Assembly (NCBI GenBank): GCA_031835245.2
Contig: JAVKOQ020000092.1
Coordinates: forward strand, 124,001-181,033
Origin: Balamuthia mandrillaris
Taxonomy: Eukaryota
Direction of reading: 5' to 3'
DNA length: 57,033 bases
The notes under the pieces are model-generated. The model did not search any database, was not told the origin of the DNA, and was given only the letters and a program-made list of their open reading frames with translations. Positions 34,966-47,220 of this stretch are shown one piece after another. Each line of letters opens with the position of its first letter. Position 1 is the stretch's first letter. Position numbers and translations under genes: made by a program.

Positions 34966-37900
34966 TCAAACCCGTTCATGTCCAAAACTTGTTTCTTCTG
35001 AGGAGGGCATTAACGTTGAAGTCATTGCAAAAGAGGAAGAAGAAGCAGAAGAAGCAGAAGAAGCAGAAGAAGCAGAAGAAGCAGAAGAAGAAGAAGAAGA
35101 AGAAGAAAATGATGACGGAGAAGAAGCAGAGGAGGAAGAGGAGGGCAGGGGGGGATTGGTGGAATGCCATTTCAACAATTGTTGCTGTTGTTGAACAAAC
35201 ATAAATGAAGAATGAGAAGAATATTGTTGGTGTTGCTGTTGGTCCGGAGGAGAGAACGGAGGAGCACCAGAAGACGAAGCAGAAGCAGTCATCCACTCTC
35301 TTCTTGCTTGTCTTGCTGTGTTTTCTTTCTCGTTTGTTTCGCCGTCAAGGCTGTTGTTTACTTGTTCATGATAATCACGTTCTTCATCGTCGTCAAACCA
35401 CCTTCGTATTCCTTTTTGTTTCATCTTTGTTTGTCGTTGCGGTGTCATCATGGACATTGTAGTTCCTCCTTTCCTTCCCCTTCTTCCTCTTAGTTGTTGC
35501 TTGTCGAGAAGACCAACCGGCAAATGAATGTCGTTATGAAGATTCATCAACTGCTTCACAAACTCACTGTTGGGGAAAGCGTTCTCGTCCAACGCGTCTT
35601 CTGTTCCCCCCACTTCACTTTTGCTTTCCTCCAAAATGGAAGAAGGAGAGGGAGAGGAGGAGACAGGAGGAGACGAAAAGTGGTGACAAATGGCGGTCAT
35701 GCTAGGGCTTACGCGAGCCAAAGGAGCCAGGGCATTAAGTTGTTGTGGGAGAAGATCGTCCGGGCTGTATTGTTGGAACACCGTCAGCACCATCTGTGTT
35801 ACTTGTTCCAGCCCACATACTTGAAACCTGTTTGTTAATTTTGCTATTGTCAAAAAAGAGCAAAGAAAAAGAGATAAACAAACACAAACGAACCGAAAGT
35901 CATCCTGTTGAGACTTCTTCAAGAAGCGCTTGGCCCATCGCAAAGCGGCCTCCTCGTCATTGGCGAGCCGAGCGCATTCCGCTTTGAGCCCCCAAATAAC
36001 AAACTTTAAGGCCATCGCAGTGGCCGCTGGCAACGGATCATGCGCGAAGGCCTGCTTCTCGTTCTTCAGCTCTAGCTCCAAGGAGTCCAACGCTTCGGAC
36101 ATTTGTTGCAGCAATGAACGAGTTTGTGGAGAGAGTTGTCGTTGTGGTTTGAATCGACGCTTGAGCAACATAATGCCTCCCAACGCGTTTGAAATGACAC
36201 CCGATGCTGCAAAGGTTAATAACCAAATGTTGGTGAGCAACAAGGAAAGAGGAGAAAGATGGAACGAGAAAACAGCAAGTACGAGAGCACAAGAGAATGA
36301 GAGAAGAGATGGGGAAGAGACACTACCAGAATTAATGAGACGAAGGTTGCGAATAGAAACCGGTAAAACTTCCTGCATCATGGCTCTGACCGAGGGTTTA
36401 CCTCGAACCTTTGCCCCTTTCTCTTCTGCGTCCTTCCTCCTCGCTCTCTTCATCTCATAAGGAGCCGACAAACCATCACCATTAGGATCCCCGTCTTCTT
36501 TCTCTTTATCTATCTTCTTTGATGAAGAAGAAGCTGTGGTAGTAGTAACTGGAAAGTAAGGCAAGTTTCTCACTCTCTCCAGCTCGGAACGAAGTTGCTT
36601 GATGTCCTCCTGAGTCGTGTTCTCATGGAAGGAAATTGCATGAAGGCAACGAACGTAGACATCGCTGTTCCATGCTCCCAGTCGTTGACAGATGTTCATG
36701 GCCTCCGTGAGGTACCGCGTAAACGCTTCCACGTCCATACTCTTGGCCAATGTTTGAAAGGCAAATGTGGTAAGACCGAGAGCGATGGAGTAGTCTGCTG
36801 GAGGAGATGTTTTGGATGGTGTTGGTGTTTTAGAGGGAGGTCCCAGCGGCTTAGAAGAAGGGGAAGAAGGGGAAGAAGGGGAAGAGGACGATTGGGGGAT
36901 GGAGGGAAGGAGGTGTTCCAACTGTTCGCTTGCCTTGGCGTAAAAGTCTTGTCCTAACGCCATGTGACCTAACATTGCTGCTCCTGTTCGTTTGTCTCGT
37001 AAGAGATGGAGTGAAAAGGGCACGAGGAAACACAAAAAGGAAAGAAAAGACATGGGAGATAGAACAAGAAGAGAAAAATAGACAGAAAGAGCAAGGGAAG
37101 AGATCACCGAGAACAATAACACAAACCTATCGAAAGACAAATGTTGACGTTAAACGCCAAGGAGCTTCGTTCCTCAAGACCCTCATCCGTGCATAACAAA
37201 TACCTCACGTTGGCCTCGTTCAAAGCGGCAGGGTGCAAGGGAGAGGTGGCCCACACAAACTTCCTGTACACTTGCATGATGTCCAAAGCGATGGCTACCA
37301 TTTGCAGGTGCGAAGTGACCAAACAAGGACCACGTTGTTGTTGTTCACCAGAAGGATAAGAGAGGTTTCTTCCGTTGTTTTTGCTTCCTGCTCTTGTTCT
37401 CTTCTGACGTTGATTAGAAAGAGCCGTGTCGTTGTTTTCGTTGATGAGAAGGGCCTTTTGGGGTTTGTGTTCGGTTTTGTGATCGTTGATTGGTTCCTGT
37501 TGCTGCTGTAATGAACAGAGCAGACCTTCTTCGATGTTGTTACTAGCAGGAATGATGGCATCAGAAGGAGAAGAGTCTGCCGAGAAAGGAGAAGATGCAG
37601 AAGAAAAGGAACGAGGAGAAGGAAATAAAAAGGAAGGGTCGCTAGATGATCCTCCGGTATCAAAATACAAGGATTCTTGCTCTGCTCGATGATAATGACG
37701 GCCATGATGATGTGGATGTAGATGAGAATGATGAGCAAGAAGACCTGAATTTTCGAGAGGAGAAGGAAAGCAAGAACTGCATATACAGTCTTGATCTACA
37801 ACTGTCTCATCCCCCACCAGATGGCTGTCATCGTTGCGGTAAGGGTCCTGCGCGTGGAAGTAACTTGCGTAGCTTTGGTAGGAGCTGTCGTCCCCGTGAG

Positions 37901-38507
37901 GAGAGTGATGGTAAAGTTCAGGTTGTTGTCGCTGAGGGTCGTGGAAAGAGTAAGGCGCATGGAATAAGGAAGACGCAGAGGAATAAATAGAAGTTGGCTG
38001 TTGGTGGGGATGACGGTATGGCTCGCGCTGTGCGCCTGATCTACCGGCTGGTGGGTAGTGTCCAAGCCGGTCTTCGAGGAAATGACGACCATAACGAAGA
38101 GATGAAGATGAGTGGATTGGAACTTGAGCGGGGATTGAGGATGGTGGGGGATGTCGTTGGATCGGATAGGGATAATGATGTTGATGATGCCCTACCCCCA
38201 GCTCTTCCAACCACCATGAGGTAGAAACGCTGTGTTCACCCGGCGAGAGCGCAGATGCCACAGAGGCAGAACAGGAGCAGGCAGATGGAGCTCCAACCAC
38301 AAAAAACGGATTCGTTTCAGCGGGGATGACAGGGTGTGGCATCGGGGAAGGGGGTGAAGCCGGGTGGGGCGGGAGAGAAGGAGCTGAACCTGTCGCCTCC
38401 CGTCTTCCCCCCAGCAGCAACTCCCGTCGTTGTTGACGAATCCGGGCGAGCTCCTGCTGGAGCGCCATCAGCTGCTGCCTCTCTTGCATCAAGAGACTGG
38501 GCTCCAT
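34966..38507 (-). CDS. Large hypothetical protein (His/Pro/Ser/Gln-rich N-terminus plus helical domain); possible transcription regulator
   Basis: Two long open exons (ORFs 37104-38690 and 34966-37140) joined by GT-AG introns; first plausible ATG at 38507 (MEPSLLMQERQQ). No family motif recognised with confidence. Confidence 0.6.
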
Positions 38508-38580
38508 TGGCTTTTGCTTCTTTTCTTGTGGTTTTTTTTTAAAAAAAAATGTTCGTTTTTTGAATGAGGTCTTCTGAAGA

Positions 38581-38628
<48 letters not shown>

Positions 38629-39707
38629 CCAGGGGTATTTTCTCTATTCTTTGAGCGAATTGAGGACTGCTGCTTTTTTTGGGGGGCCAATTGCCAACCG
38701 CACTAAGACGAACCCCGATTCGGCTTCCTTGGGGGTCAAGGAGTTCAAGGAATTGATAAATGAGGTCCCAAACAACAGCAACAGCCGACCGATGTTCCCT
38801 TGCAGGAGGGGAATTTGTTAGACAAGCCAGGAGCTGAGAAACCGAGGCTTTCAATCCACCCCCCCTTGGCCCGCTGGTATTTAACACCCGGTCAACCGAT
38901 GAGTTTCCACCGCCACTATTTTCCTAGGGTTAGCCCCGCTACACCGCATCGGTGATCTTGGATGTTCTTTTTTTACTTTTTTTTTTTGAAAAGGAGTTGG
39001 AAAGTGTGTCGCGAGGTTGAACCCACGCACAAAAGAAAGAGCAAAGCTTTGTTGTTCCTCTCTCTCTCTCTCTCTCTTTCTTCCCACGCAGCAAGGAAGG
39101 GGGAGTGCCGGGTCGTCCCTCCTCGTTTCTCTTTTCCTGCTTTTTCGAGAACAACAGAACCTGCAGGGGAAAGGGCCGGTACAAAACGTGTCCACAGATA
39201 GGAGGGTCCCCACGTGTGGACCGTTCTATGGGGGCACCAGCCCACCTCCATCGGTACATCCACCCTTGATGATCCCGAAAAATCACCGAAACGTACGTTA
39301 ATTCATCCGATTCCACTTGTCCTTTTAAAGTAAATTGTAGCAAAAAAGGGTGGAAAAGTGGAGAGAAGAATCCTTCCGGAGGAACACGCGCGCACACATG
39401 ATGCCACATCGATGATCCAGCGCGTCCGACTCAGGTAAAATCCCTCCGTTTACACTGAAGCGCCGCAAGACGAGCGTCAGGTCTGGTCCACTTTGAGGAG
39501 TCTCGGAGACAAAAGGGGGGAATATAAGCGTGACGTGTTATCTTGGTGTTTTGATCAAGATCACCATCTGATCTAAATCTTCATGTCGTCTTGAACATTA
39601 TCACGACGACATGATAGCGAAACTATTAAATTAAAGAAACAAGAAAAAAGCAACAGAGAAGGAAGAAAAGAAAGCGCCTTGCCCCCTTGCTTCTTCCCCA
39701 TAAGTAG

Positions 39708-40163
39708 ATGGGGACATCTAGTTCGAAACGTACGTGGTCGTTTTTTTTCTACAACCTCCTTCTCCTCCTCCTTCCTTCCTTCCTTTGTCCCCTTCTATCG
39801 CTCTTTCATTGTTCTTATGAAGCCTACATACATTTATTTTATTTTATTTTTCGCTCTGCTCTTCTGAACGAAGTGGAGGAGGAGCATGTGGAAGCTCTCT
39901 CCAGGCTGCTCGGCGTCAAAGACGGCAGCCAGCTGCGCGGCCTTCACTCCGCTCTGTCCCTCTGTCAGGCTTTGCAGGACATTTATGCCAAACCCGCCAC
40001 CGCAACCGCTGCCTCTACAGCCCCCAATACCAATAACGGCAGCAACAACAAAACCAAGTCCGCTGCCTCCTCTTGGATGGAGAGAATGGATTTGCCGCTG
40101 TGGACTTTGGACGAGGAAGACCTTCTGCTGTCGCTCTCTGCCTACCAGGTAACGGGCCAAGCG

Positions 40164-40199
<36 letters not shown>

Positions 40200-43100
40200 C
40201 TTTCTGCTTTCACCTTGTTGTTGTTGTTGTCTTATGTTGTTGTTCTGCTTCTTCTCGTTCTTGTGCTTCTTGTGCTTCTTGTTCTGCTTCTCCTCCTCCT
40301 CCTCCTCCTGCTCCTCCTCCTCCTCCTCCCTCCTCCTTCGTTCGTTGAACTGGAGAGCGAACTTCACCATTTCTTATTCTTCTTCCTCTTTTTTGTCGCT
40401 TTGTTGTTTATTTGATGTTGGCATCTATTCTTATTTGTATTATTTCCAAACAAAGATTTGTGGACAGCACCCATCAAGAAAGTACATCATAGCAGAAGAC
40501 ATAGATACGCTGTACGTAGTCTTCTCTCCAAGCTCACAAGGCGCGGCGGATCCCGCCTCTATTTCTTTGTATCCCGCTCAAGACACGGTCTCCCTTCCTT
40601 GGCATGAAGGAGTCCCTCATGGTATATTCTTCTTTCCTGCTTATCTTCTTTCTCTTGTTTTCTTATTCCATATCCTGTACTGTAGAGTCGTTGGAGCGCA
40701 GCTCTGGGATTCCCGCTCTGCTTTTTCTTTCTCTTTGCCGAGAGAGGAACAAAAAGAACCTTGTGCTAAGCGGCTGCCGTGAAGGCGGCGTACTTGCCTC
40801 TCTTGTAATGCTTCAAATTCTCTCTTCGCTATCTAAACAGGGCAAGCTTGTTTTATCTCCATCCGCTTCTTCACCTTCTGTTTCAGACTCTTCTTCCCGA
40901 CATCAACGCAATCCTGCAAGCTCTTCTGCTCCGTCTTCGTTACCGCAACCAAATAACAAAAGAGGTCCAAATGTGACAGAAAAGCGTATAGGTGGAATGT
41001 CTTCTGCTTCTGCTTCTTCATGTTTTTTGGATGTAAATCTCCGATGTGTAACGTTTGGGCCTACTTTTGTGGCGGATCAGAAGCTACAACAAAACATACG
41101 ACGAATGAGATGGAACGAGGTATGCCATCCGTTGTTGCTTTTTTCTCTCTTCCTTTTCTGCTCTCTCGCCCCCTCTCATTTTTTTCTTTTGCAAACCTAT
41201 GTTATAGTATTTTAGTTCATACATTCTAGCTTCGGAGATGAAGTCCTTCTTGGGAACCACCTATCGACCCGCTGGCGAAGTCTTTCTCATAATGGACTCC
41301 AAGAACGAAGTTTCGCTTCATCGTATTCCCTCTATGTTAAAATTCGACGTTAACGCTTTCCTGCGCAAATCCTCTTCATTTCCTTCAATGATGAAACAAC
41401 AACACGAAGCCCATATAATGCAGCAACCAGAGGAAGGACAGGAAGAAAAATATGAATCACAAAAAGAAAACGAAGAAAGAACCGTGATGGAACTTGAACA
41501 AGTTGAGAAGAATAAGGACGAAAAACTTAAAAAAGAGGAAGCAAAAGTGAAGAAACCTATATTCAGTTTTAATGAAGACGATGATGAGAATGAAGAAGAT
41601 GAAGAACACGGGCAAGAGCTGCAACGACCCGCAGAGAGCGATGAGAACTATCCTCCTCAAGTTCGTTGTTTGTTGGACATTTATAGCCGTTGCATTAACA
41701 CATTACGGATGAAACTCATGCTACGATTTCCAGAATTGAAGAACATTGTTTACGATCCATCTTCCTCAACATCCACATATTCTTCATCATCTCCATCTTC
41801 ATCTTCATCAGCTGTCTCTTCGCTTCTTACATCAGTTTTGTGGAAAGAAAAAAGGGAACAGCAACAACAAAAGGATAAGAAAGAACAGCAGTTAAGAAAA
41901 TCAGCCAGAGCTGTTCCGTTTCTGCGAATGCCTCACATTCAACGCATTACTGCACACCCGAGACCTGGAAGAAAGCTCAAAGTACAACTACGAGGTAACT
42001 TTTCTTCTTTCTTTCTTCTTTCTTCTTATTTCATTTATTTTTGTTTCCATTTTCATGCAAAAGGGAGTGGCTTCGACGTATGTACAGCAGCTTGTCTCCA
42101 ATTTGAAGGCGCTCAAACAGTGGCAACCCGTATCAAAAGAGCTGACCATGGCAGACGTTTAGAACTTATTTTTCCTCTGCCCTTGGACAGTAATAACGAT
42201 GAAAAAGGCAAACACCATTCTCTTTCATCGGCTGCTTTCGAGTTGGGAAGACACAGCAGTCGTTCTGCTACAGTTGCCATATTTTCGGACTTTGGATGTG
42301 AGGCTCGTCATGTTCGTATCTCTCCATTCAACATCTTGGTGCGTAACGCATTTTTTTTTCTTTCGCCTTGCTTTTTCTTTTCCTATCCTTTTTTTTTTGG
42401 TGCTCTTCCTCGTTATTCTCATTCTCTTTCGTTCAAATAACAAACAGCTGTTTGGAGCAAGTGGGGCGGGTAAAACAAGTCTCTGTAATTTCATCTGCCA
42501 ACAAATGGTGAAAGAGAATCCATTCCTCCCCAGCCACGTGCTTCCTTCTCGCTGTCCCTCCAACGACAAACTTCTTCGCCTGGAGTTTGGCATGTTCAGC
42601 TTTCGAGAGTTCGGCATTCACATCTTCTCCGACGAAGAGTTCCAACGTTTCTCTGAGCTCTTACTTCCAACTTCTTGCTCTTCTTCGTCTTCATCCTCTC
42701 CTGCCAACAACAAAACACGTGGAGAACAGGCGGATGACGGCGACGATGATGAGAAGGAAAGAAGAAGAAAACAAGATGAAGACGAGGAAGATGAAGAAGA
42801 ACGAGGAGTAGACTTGTTGGTCTTCGTGCACAATGCATCTAGTCGCGTCTTAGTGGACGAGGAAGAGCATCCTCGGATGCTGCGTTACCTCAAGTTCGTG
42901 GAAGAGAGGGCGCGAGTACCCATTCTGCATGTCCTTACCAATCCCTTCTCAGTCCCGCGACAAAGTTTTGCCATCATCAAGAATGGCGTGAGAGACGTGC
43001 TGCAAGTCCCAAACGAGCTTCTCATCATCAACTCGCAGCCGTTTGATGAGCATCAGGTGGAAGGGGTGGAGGAGCTGTTGGAATGGATTGTGGAGACGGT

Positions 43101-43440
43101 GGGGTGGAGGTCTTTTCATCATCACGACGGTGTGGAAGAAGAAGTAGAAGAAGAGGAGGAGGAGGAGAAGGCGAAAGGACGATACACAGGAGCCAAAATG
43201 AAGACAAACGATTTTGGACCAACGCAAAAGAAGCGAAAGAAGACGGATGAAATCCTTAGCGGAAGGATGGAGGATAGGAGTAGGAGGGAAGCTTACGATA
43301 CGCAGCATATTGAGGACGCACGTTTCCCAAGGAAGGAAAGGCGAGTCGGTGAAGGCAATCGGATCATCGGAACGACGAGCGCCACGCCACTCCCCTCGTT
43401 CTCCAGGGAAGCGCCGCGAGACTTCTCTGTCGACAAATAA
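39708..43440 (+). CDS. Class-3 lipase-like (catalytically degenerate) domain fused to a C-terminal P-loop GTPase-like domain; possible N-myristoylation
   Basis: MGTSSSK N-terminus; lipase-3 landmarks TLYVVF, KNLVLSGCREGGVLA (in place of GHSLGG), RCVTFGPTFVAD, YRPAGEVFLI; Walker A LFGASGAGKTSLCN; DLLVFVHN and VPILHVLTNPFSV. Confidence 0.7.
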
Positions 43441-43540
43441 TCTGTTAGTCGACAAATAAATTTGTGAATAGCATTTCTGATTTTTGGTTGGTGCTTTGAA
43501 AATTATTTTTTGATCTGAAATCGTCGACACATGACGTCAT
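43428..43540. promoter_or_regulatory. Three GTCGACA sites plus a CRE-like ATGACGTCAT palindrome upstream of the DnaJ gene
   Basis: GTCGACAAATAA at 43429 and 43448, GTCGACAC at 43523, ATGACGTCAT at 43531-43540; ATG at 43658. Confidence 0.5.
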
Positions 43541-43657
43541 TCGTCCTTAAAAAAAGAAGAAAGAAAGAGAAAAAGAAGAAAAAGTGTTGCTCTCGTCGTC
43601 GTAGGCCCTTTTTTTTTTTTCCACAACTTGAGCGGTGTACAGTTTGGGATCTCACAC

Positions 43658-45642
43658 ATGGAGTGCAATCGAGATGAGGTATGCTATGGTTTTTTTTTTG
43701 TTGTTTGGAGCAAATGAATAATCAATCAATCACTCAACAATAATAAACGGGCTAACAAAAATGTCAAAAAAAAAAACAATGATAATGATAATAGGCGGAT
43801 AGATGCTTGGAGCTTGCGAAGCGGTTCGAAAGGGAGGGAAACCTCCCTCGAGCGCTAAAGTTTGCCCAAAAGTCGCTCTCTCTCTTCCACTCCGAGGAGA
43901 CCTCCACTTTTATTTGCAAAATCGAGCTTCGCATTTCTTCCTCTTCCTCCTCTTCCTCCTCTTCTGCTGCCTCTTCCACTACCGCCACAGCGCCCAAACA
44001 AGACAGAGCACGCAACAAAGGCAAACAAGAAGGAGAAAAGGTCTCTTCTCAACAACAGCAACAAAGCGAGCCTTCCTACACGCCCGAACAAAAGGCAGCG
44101 GTGGACCTCATCCTCAAGAACAAACGGGACTTTTACGCCGTGTTGGGCATCAAAGCGGACGCTGACGAGGCTGAAATTAAAAAAGCCTATCGAAAGGTTT
44201 GCTCCTTTCTTATGCTCTTCTACTTCCTTCCTTCAGTCTTGTTCTGCTTCTGCTTCTGCTTCTGCTTCTGCTTCTGCTTCTGCTTCTGCTTCTGCTTCTG
44301 CTTCTGTTGCTTGTTCTTCGTTCTTCGTTCTTCTGCTTTTCTTTTCCTCTCTTTCTCTTGCTCTTGTTTCTTTTCTTGCCTCTCTTCACCTCTTTCCTTG
44401 TTTTTCTCTCTCTGATTCTTACAATTCCAAAAAAACAAAAGCTGGCGCTAAAAATGCATCCAGACAAGAACTCTGCTCCACATGCAGAGGAGGCCTTCAA
44501 AGTGCTCAGCACAGCGTACGCCACTCTAAGCGACAGCAAGACTCGTCGCCACTACGACCTACACGGCTGCAGCGACACTCCTTTCTCTTCTTCTGCTTCC
44601 AACAGAACACGACGTCGACGCGGCCCACGAGATCCTTTCTCTTCTTCCTTCTCGTTTGGTGACGGCGCTTATGCTACTTTTGATGATATGACTGCAGAAG
44701 AGATCTTCAACATGTTCTTTGGTAACGACGTTCAAAGACAGCGTCAACACCAAAGCACGGATAACGTCTTTCGTCAGACCAACTTTTATTATGATAGCAA
44801 CTCTCACCGGGCATATGCCTTTCCTTCGCGTCGTACTGGTTTGTTCATCCTTTTGTTTATTTATTCTTTCATTTTCGCTCTTGAATCTCTTTTTGTTGAA
44901 ATGAACTAACAAATAAATAAACAAATAAATAAATAAGGACAACGAATGGGACGAGGTCCTCCAGAGGCAGACAGCTTCTTCTCCTCTTTCGCCTTCTTCC
45001 AGATGCTTCCTCTCCTATTTTTGATCATCATTTCCATTTTCTCGGCCTCCTGGTTCAGCGATCCTCCCGAATACAATTTGTTTCGTTTACAGGTTCCCTT
45101 TAATCTCTATCCTTCTTTCTTTTTGTTTTCTTTAGATGAAGTTTTCACTTTCCTTTTCACTTTGTCTCGTTTTTTTAAACGTTTGTCTTCTCAAAAACAT
45201 CCACAGAAAACAGGAGCTTATGTACAAGAACGACAGACCAAAAATCTAAACGTCACTTACTTTGTAAAGTCAGACTTCCTCTCCGACATTCCTCCCTCCG
45301 AAAAAAAGGAGAGTCGGCAACGTGTAGAGGTTCGCTCTTTCTTCCTTACCGCGCTTTCTTACTTGTGTTGGTTTCTTTCTTTCGTGCATTCGTTTAAAGC
45401 TCATTTTCTTTTCTTTTTCCGCTCGAAAACAAACGCTTGTTCAGAGCGTAGTTGAGGCGGTCACATTAAAAGTGCTGAACGATGAGTGCGTTCAACAAAA
45501 GCAGCAACGACACGGTCTGCTCTACAAGTCCAGGAGCATATTTATATCCGAGTCGGAGCGGAACTCTCTTCGGCAGAAGGCGGAGGAGCCGCTCCCCAGT
45601 TGCGCCTATCTCAAGCAACTCATGGCAAAAGCAAAGACGTAA
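43658..45642 (+). CDS. DNAJB12: ER-membrane J-domain protein DNAJB12/DNAJB14-like (J domain + TM + DUF1977), multi-exon
   Basis: [15 protein letters not shown]...[20 protein letters not shown]...[28 protein letters not shown] (HPD), [35 protein letters not shown], terminal PSC. Confidence 0.9.
44242..44305. repeat. Intronic (TTCTGC)n microsatellite
   Basis: Direct inspection. Confidence 0.9.
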
Positions 45643-46090
45643 AAAAAAATATATAAAAAAAACGCTTTTTTTTATCCAAGTCCGTATAAATGAACCCTCA
45701 TATTAAGGACAACCAAACGAGCAGTATTAGGGCTCAAAAAGTGCATCTTTTCTGCTCCTTTTGGAGTGAACCAAACGAGCACCACTTGACGCCAAATCGT
45801 GCTGAACATCAATTCCCGAAAAAAATATGATGACCACAAAAAGAGCACCCATGGTTCTCGATTTGTGCAGTATTTGAGATTCCTAACAAAAAAAAAAAAT
45901 AGAGAAGAAGAAGAAGAGAGAGAAGGTCGCCAACCGAAGCAGAAGCAGCAGACCGATCCAATAGCAAAAAAAGGGATTTGAGGCAACACCCCCTTTTTTT
46001 TTTCTTCTTCTTCCTTTCCCTCGCTCTGTATTCTGTTTATTTATTTATTTTTTATTTATTTTTTTTTGAAATATTTATTACGGAACGAAG

Positions 46091-46819
46091 ATGATTAATC
46101 ACCTCCAACAAAACGCTGTGGACGCCACTTCCTCTTCCTCTTCCTCTTCGTCAACAACGACGCCCTTTCATGAGACCAAAACTTCTCTTTCAGAGCCTTC
46201 CTCCACCTCTGCTCTCTTCACTTCTTCTCCTCCATCAAACGCTCGGCATTTCCTCTCAACTGGTTCTACCCTCTCCTCCTCCTCCTCCTCCTCTTCATCC
46301 GAAACAACTCCTCTTTCAACAGAACAACAACAAAACGAAAACGAGAAGGAAAAGACGAAGGAAGAAGGAGAAGAAGAAGCGGTGGCGATGGTGCCACGCC
46401 TTCGGCTAGGTCCTATGGTTCTCGTGGAACTGCAAGAAACCACCACAGAAGAAATAGAAACAGGTGGAGAAGGAGGAGAAGCAACGAAGAGGCCTAAACG
46501 AACAGGACGACCCCGCTCCCGTTTCCGCAGCCAGAAGCCGCCTCGTCCTCGTCGTTCCTCCTCTCTGCCCGCCAGAGAGCTCTCTGCTTCCTCCTCTCCG
46601 ACGACGACAAGCGGCGACGAGAACGAGGCGTCTGAGCATTTGGATCTGGCAAAGGTTAACCGGCAGGTGCCGTCGTTGGGAGTGACGCCGCCCTCGCCGC
46701 GAGCAGGGGAGGACGGCTCTCCTGGCTCCCGGCTGGTCGACCCGTTGGTGTACAGGCGACCGCAGAACCATTACTTCCTGAGCGTGCCTCAAGTTTGGCG
46801 AAGATCGCCGCTCAAATGA
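46091..46819 (+). CDS. Hypothetical 242-aa Ser/Thr/Glu-rich, probably disordered protein
   Basis: Intronless ATG-initiated ORF following an AT-rich leader; composition matches neighbouring genes; no domain recognised. Confidence 0.55.
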   Translation: MINHLQQNAVDATSSSSSSSSTTTPFHETKTSLSEPSSTSALFTSSPPSNARHFLSTGSTLSSSSSSSSSETTPLSTEQQQNENEKEKTKEEGEEEAVAMVPRLRLGPMVLVELQETTTEEIETGGEGGEATKRPKRTGRPRSRFRSQKPPRPRRSSSLPARELSASSSPTTTSGDENEASEHLDLAKVNRQVPSLGVTPPSPRAGEDGSPGSRLVDPLVYRRPQNHYFLSVPQVWRRSPLK

Positions 46820-47132
46820 AATGATGAGTTGGGAAGAGAGAAGGACGAAGAGAGAAGAGAGAAGAACGACAGGACAAAGGATGAAAGGATGGAAGCGGTG
46901 ATGCTTCGCCTTTGTGTCCATTTGCGCTTGTTCTTTGGGAAGAACTTTAAATGGAAAGCGGCCGAGGAAAGGGAGAGGATGATGGGGCTGCAGCAATGGA
47001 CTCTTGCTTGCTTCTTTGCTTTTTTTATTTGTTACGATAGTCGTAATAACGAACAATGTTAATGTTACTTCTCGCTGATCCTTGTTGGCCAAAAAGAACC
47101 TCCTCGTTGGTATTCCTGCCTCCAACCAACAT

Positions 47133-47190
<58 letters not shown>

Positions 47191-47220
47191 CAGAGAGCCA
47201 AGACCAAGCCCAAGCCCCAT

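Noticed and set aside
38881..39409. Several 80-156 aa ORFs upstream of the orphan gene
   Set aside because: They run through a (CT)n tract and poly-T runs and show no recognisable domain; not supported as genes.
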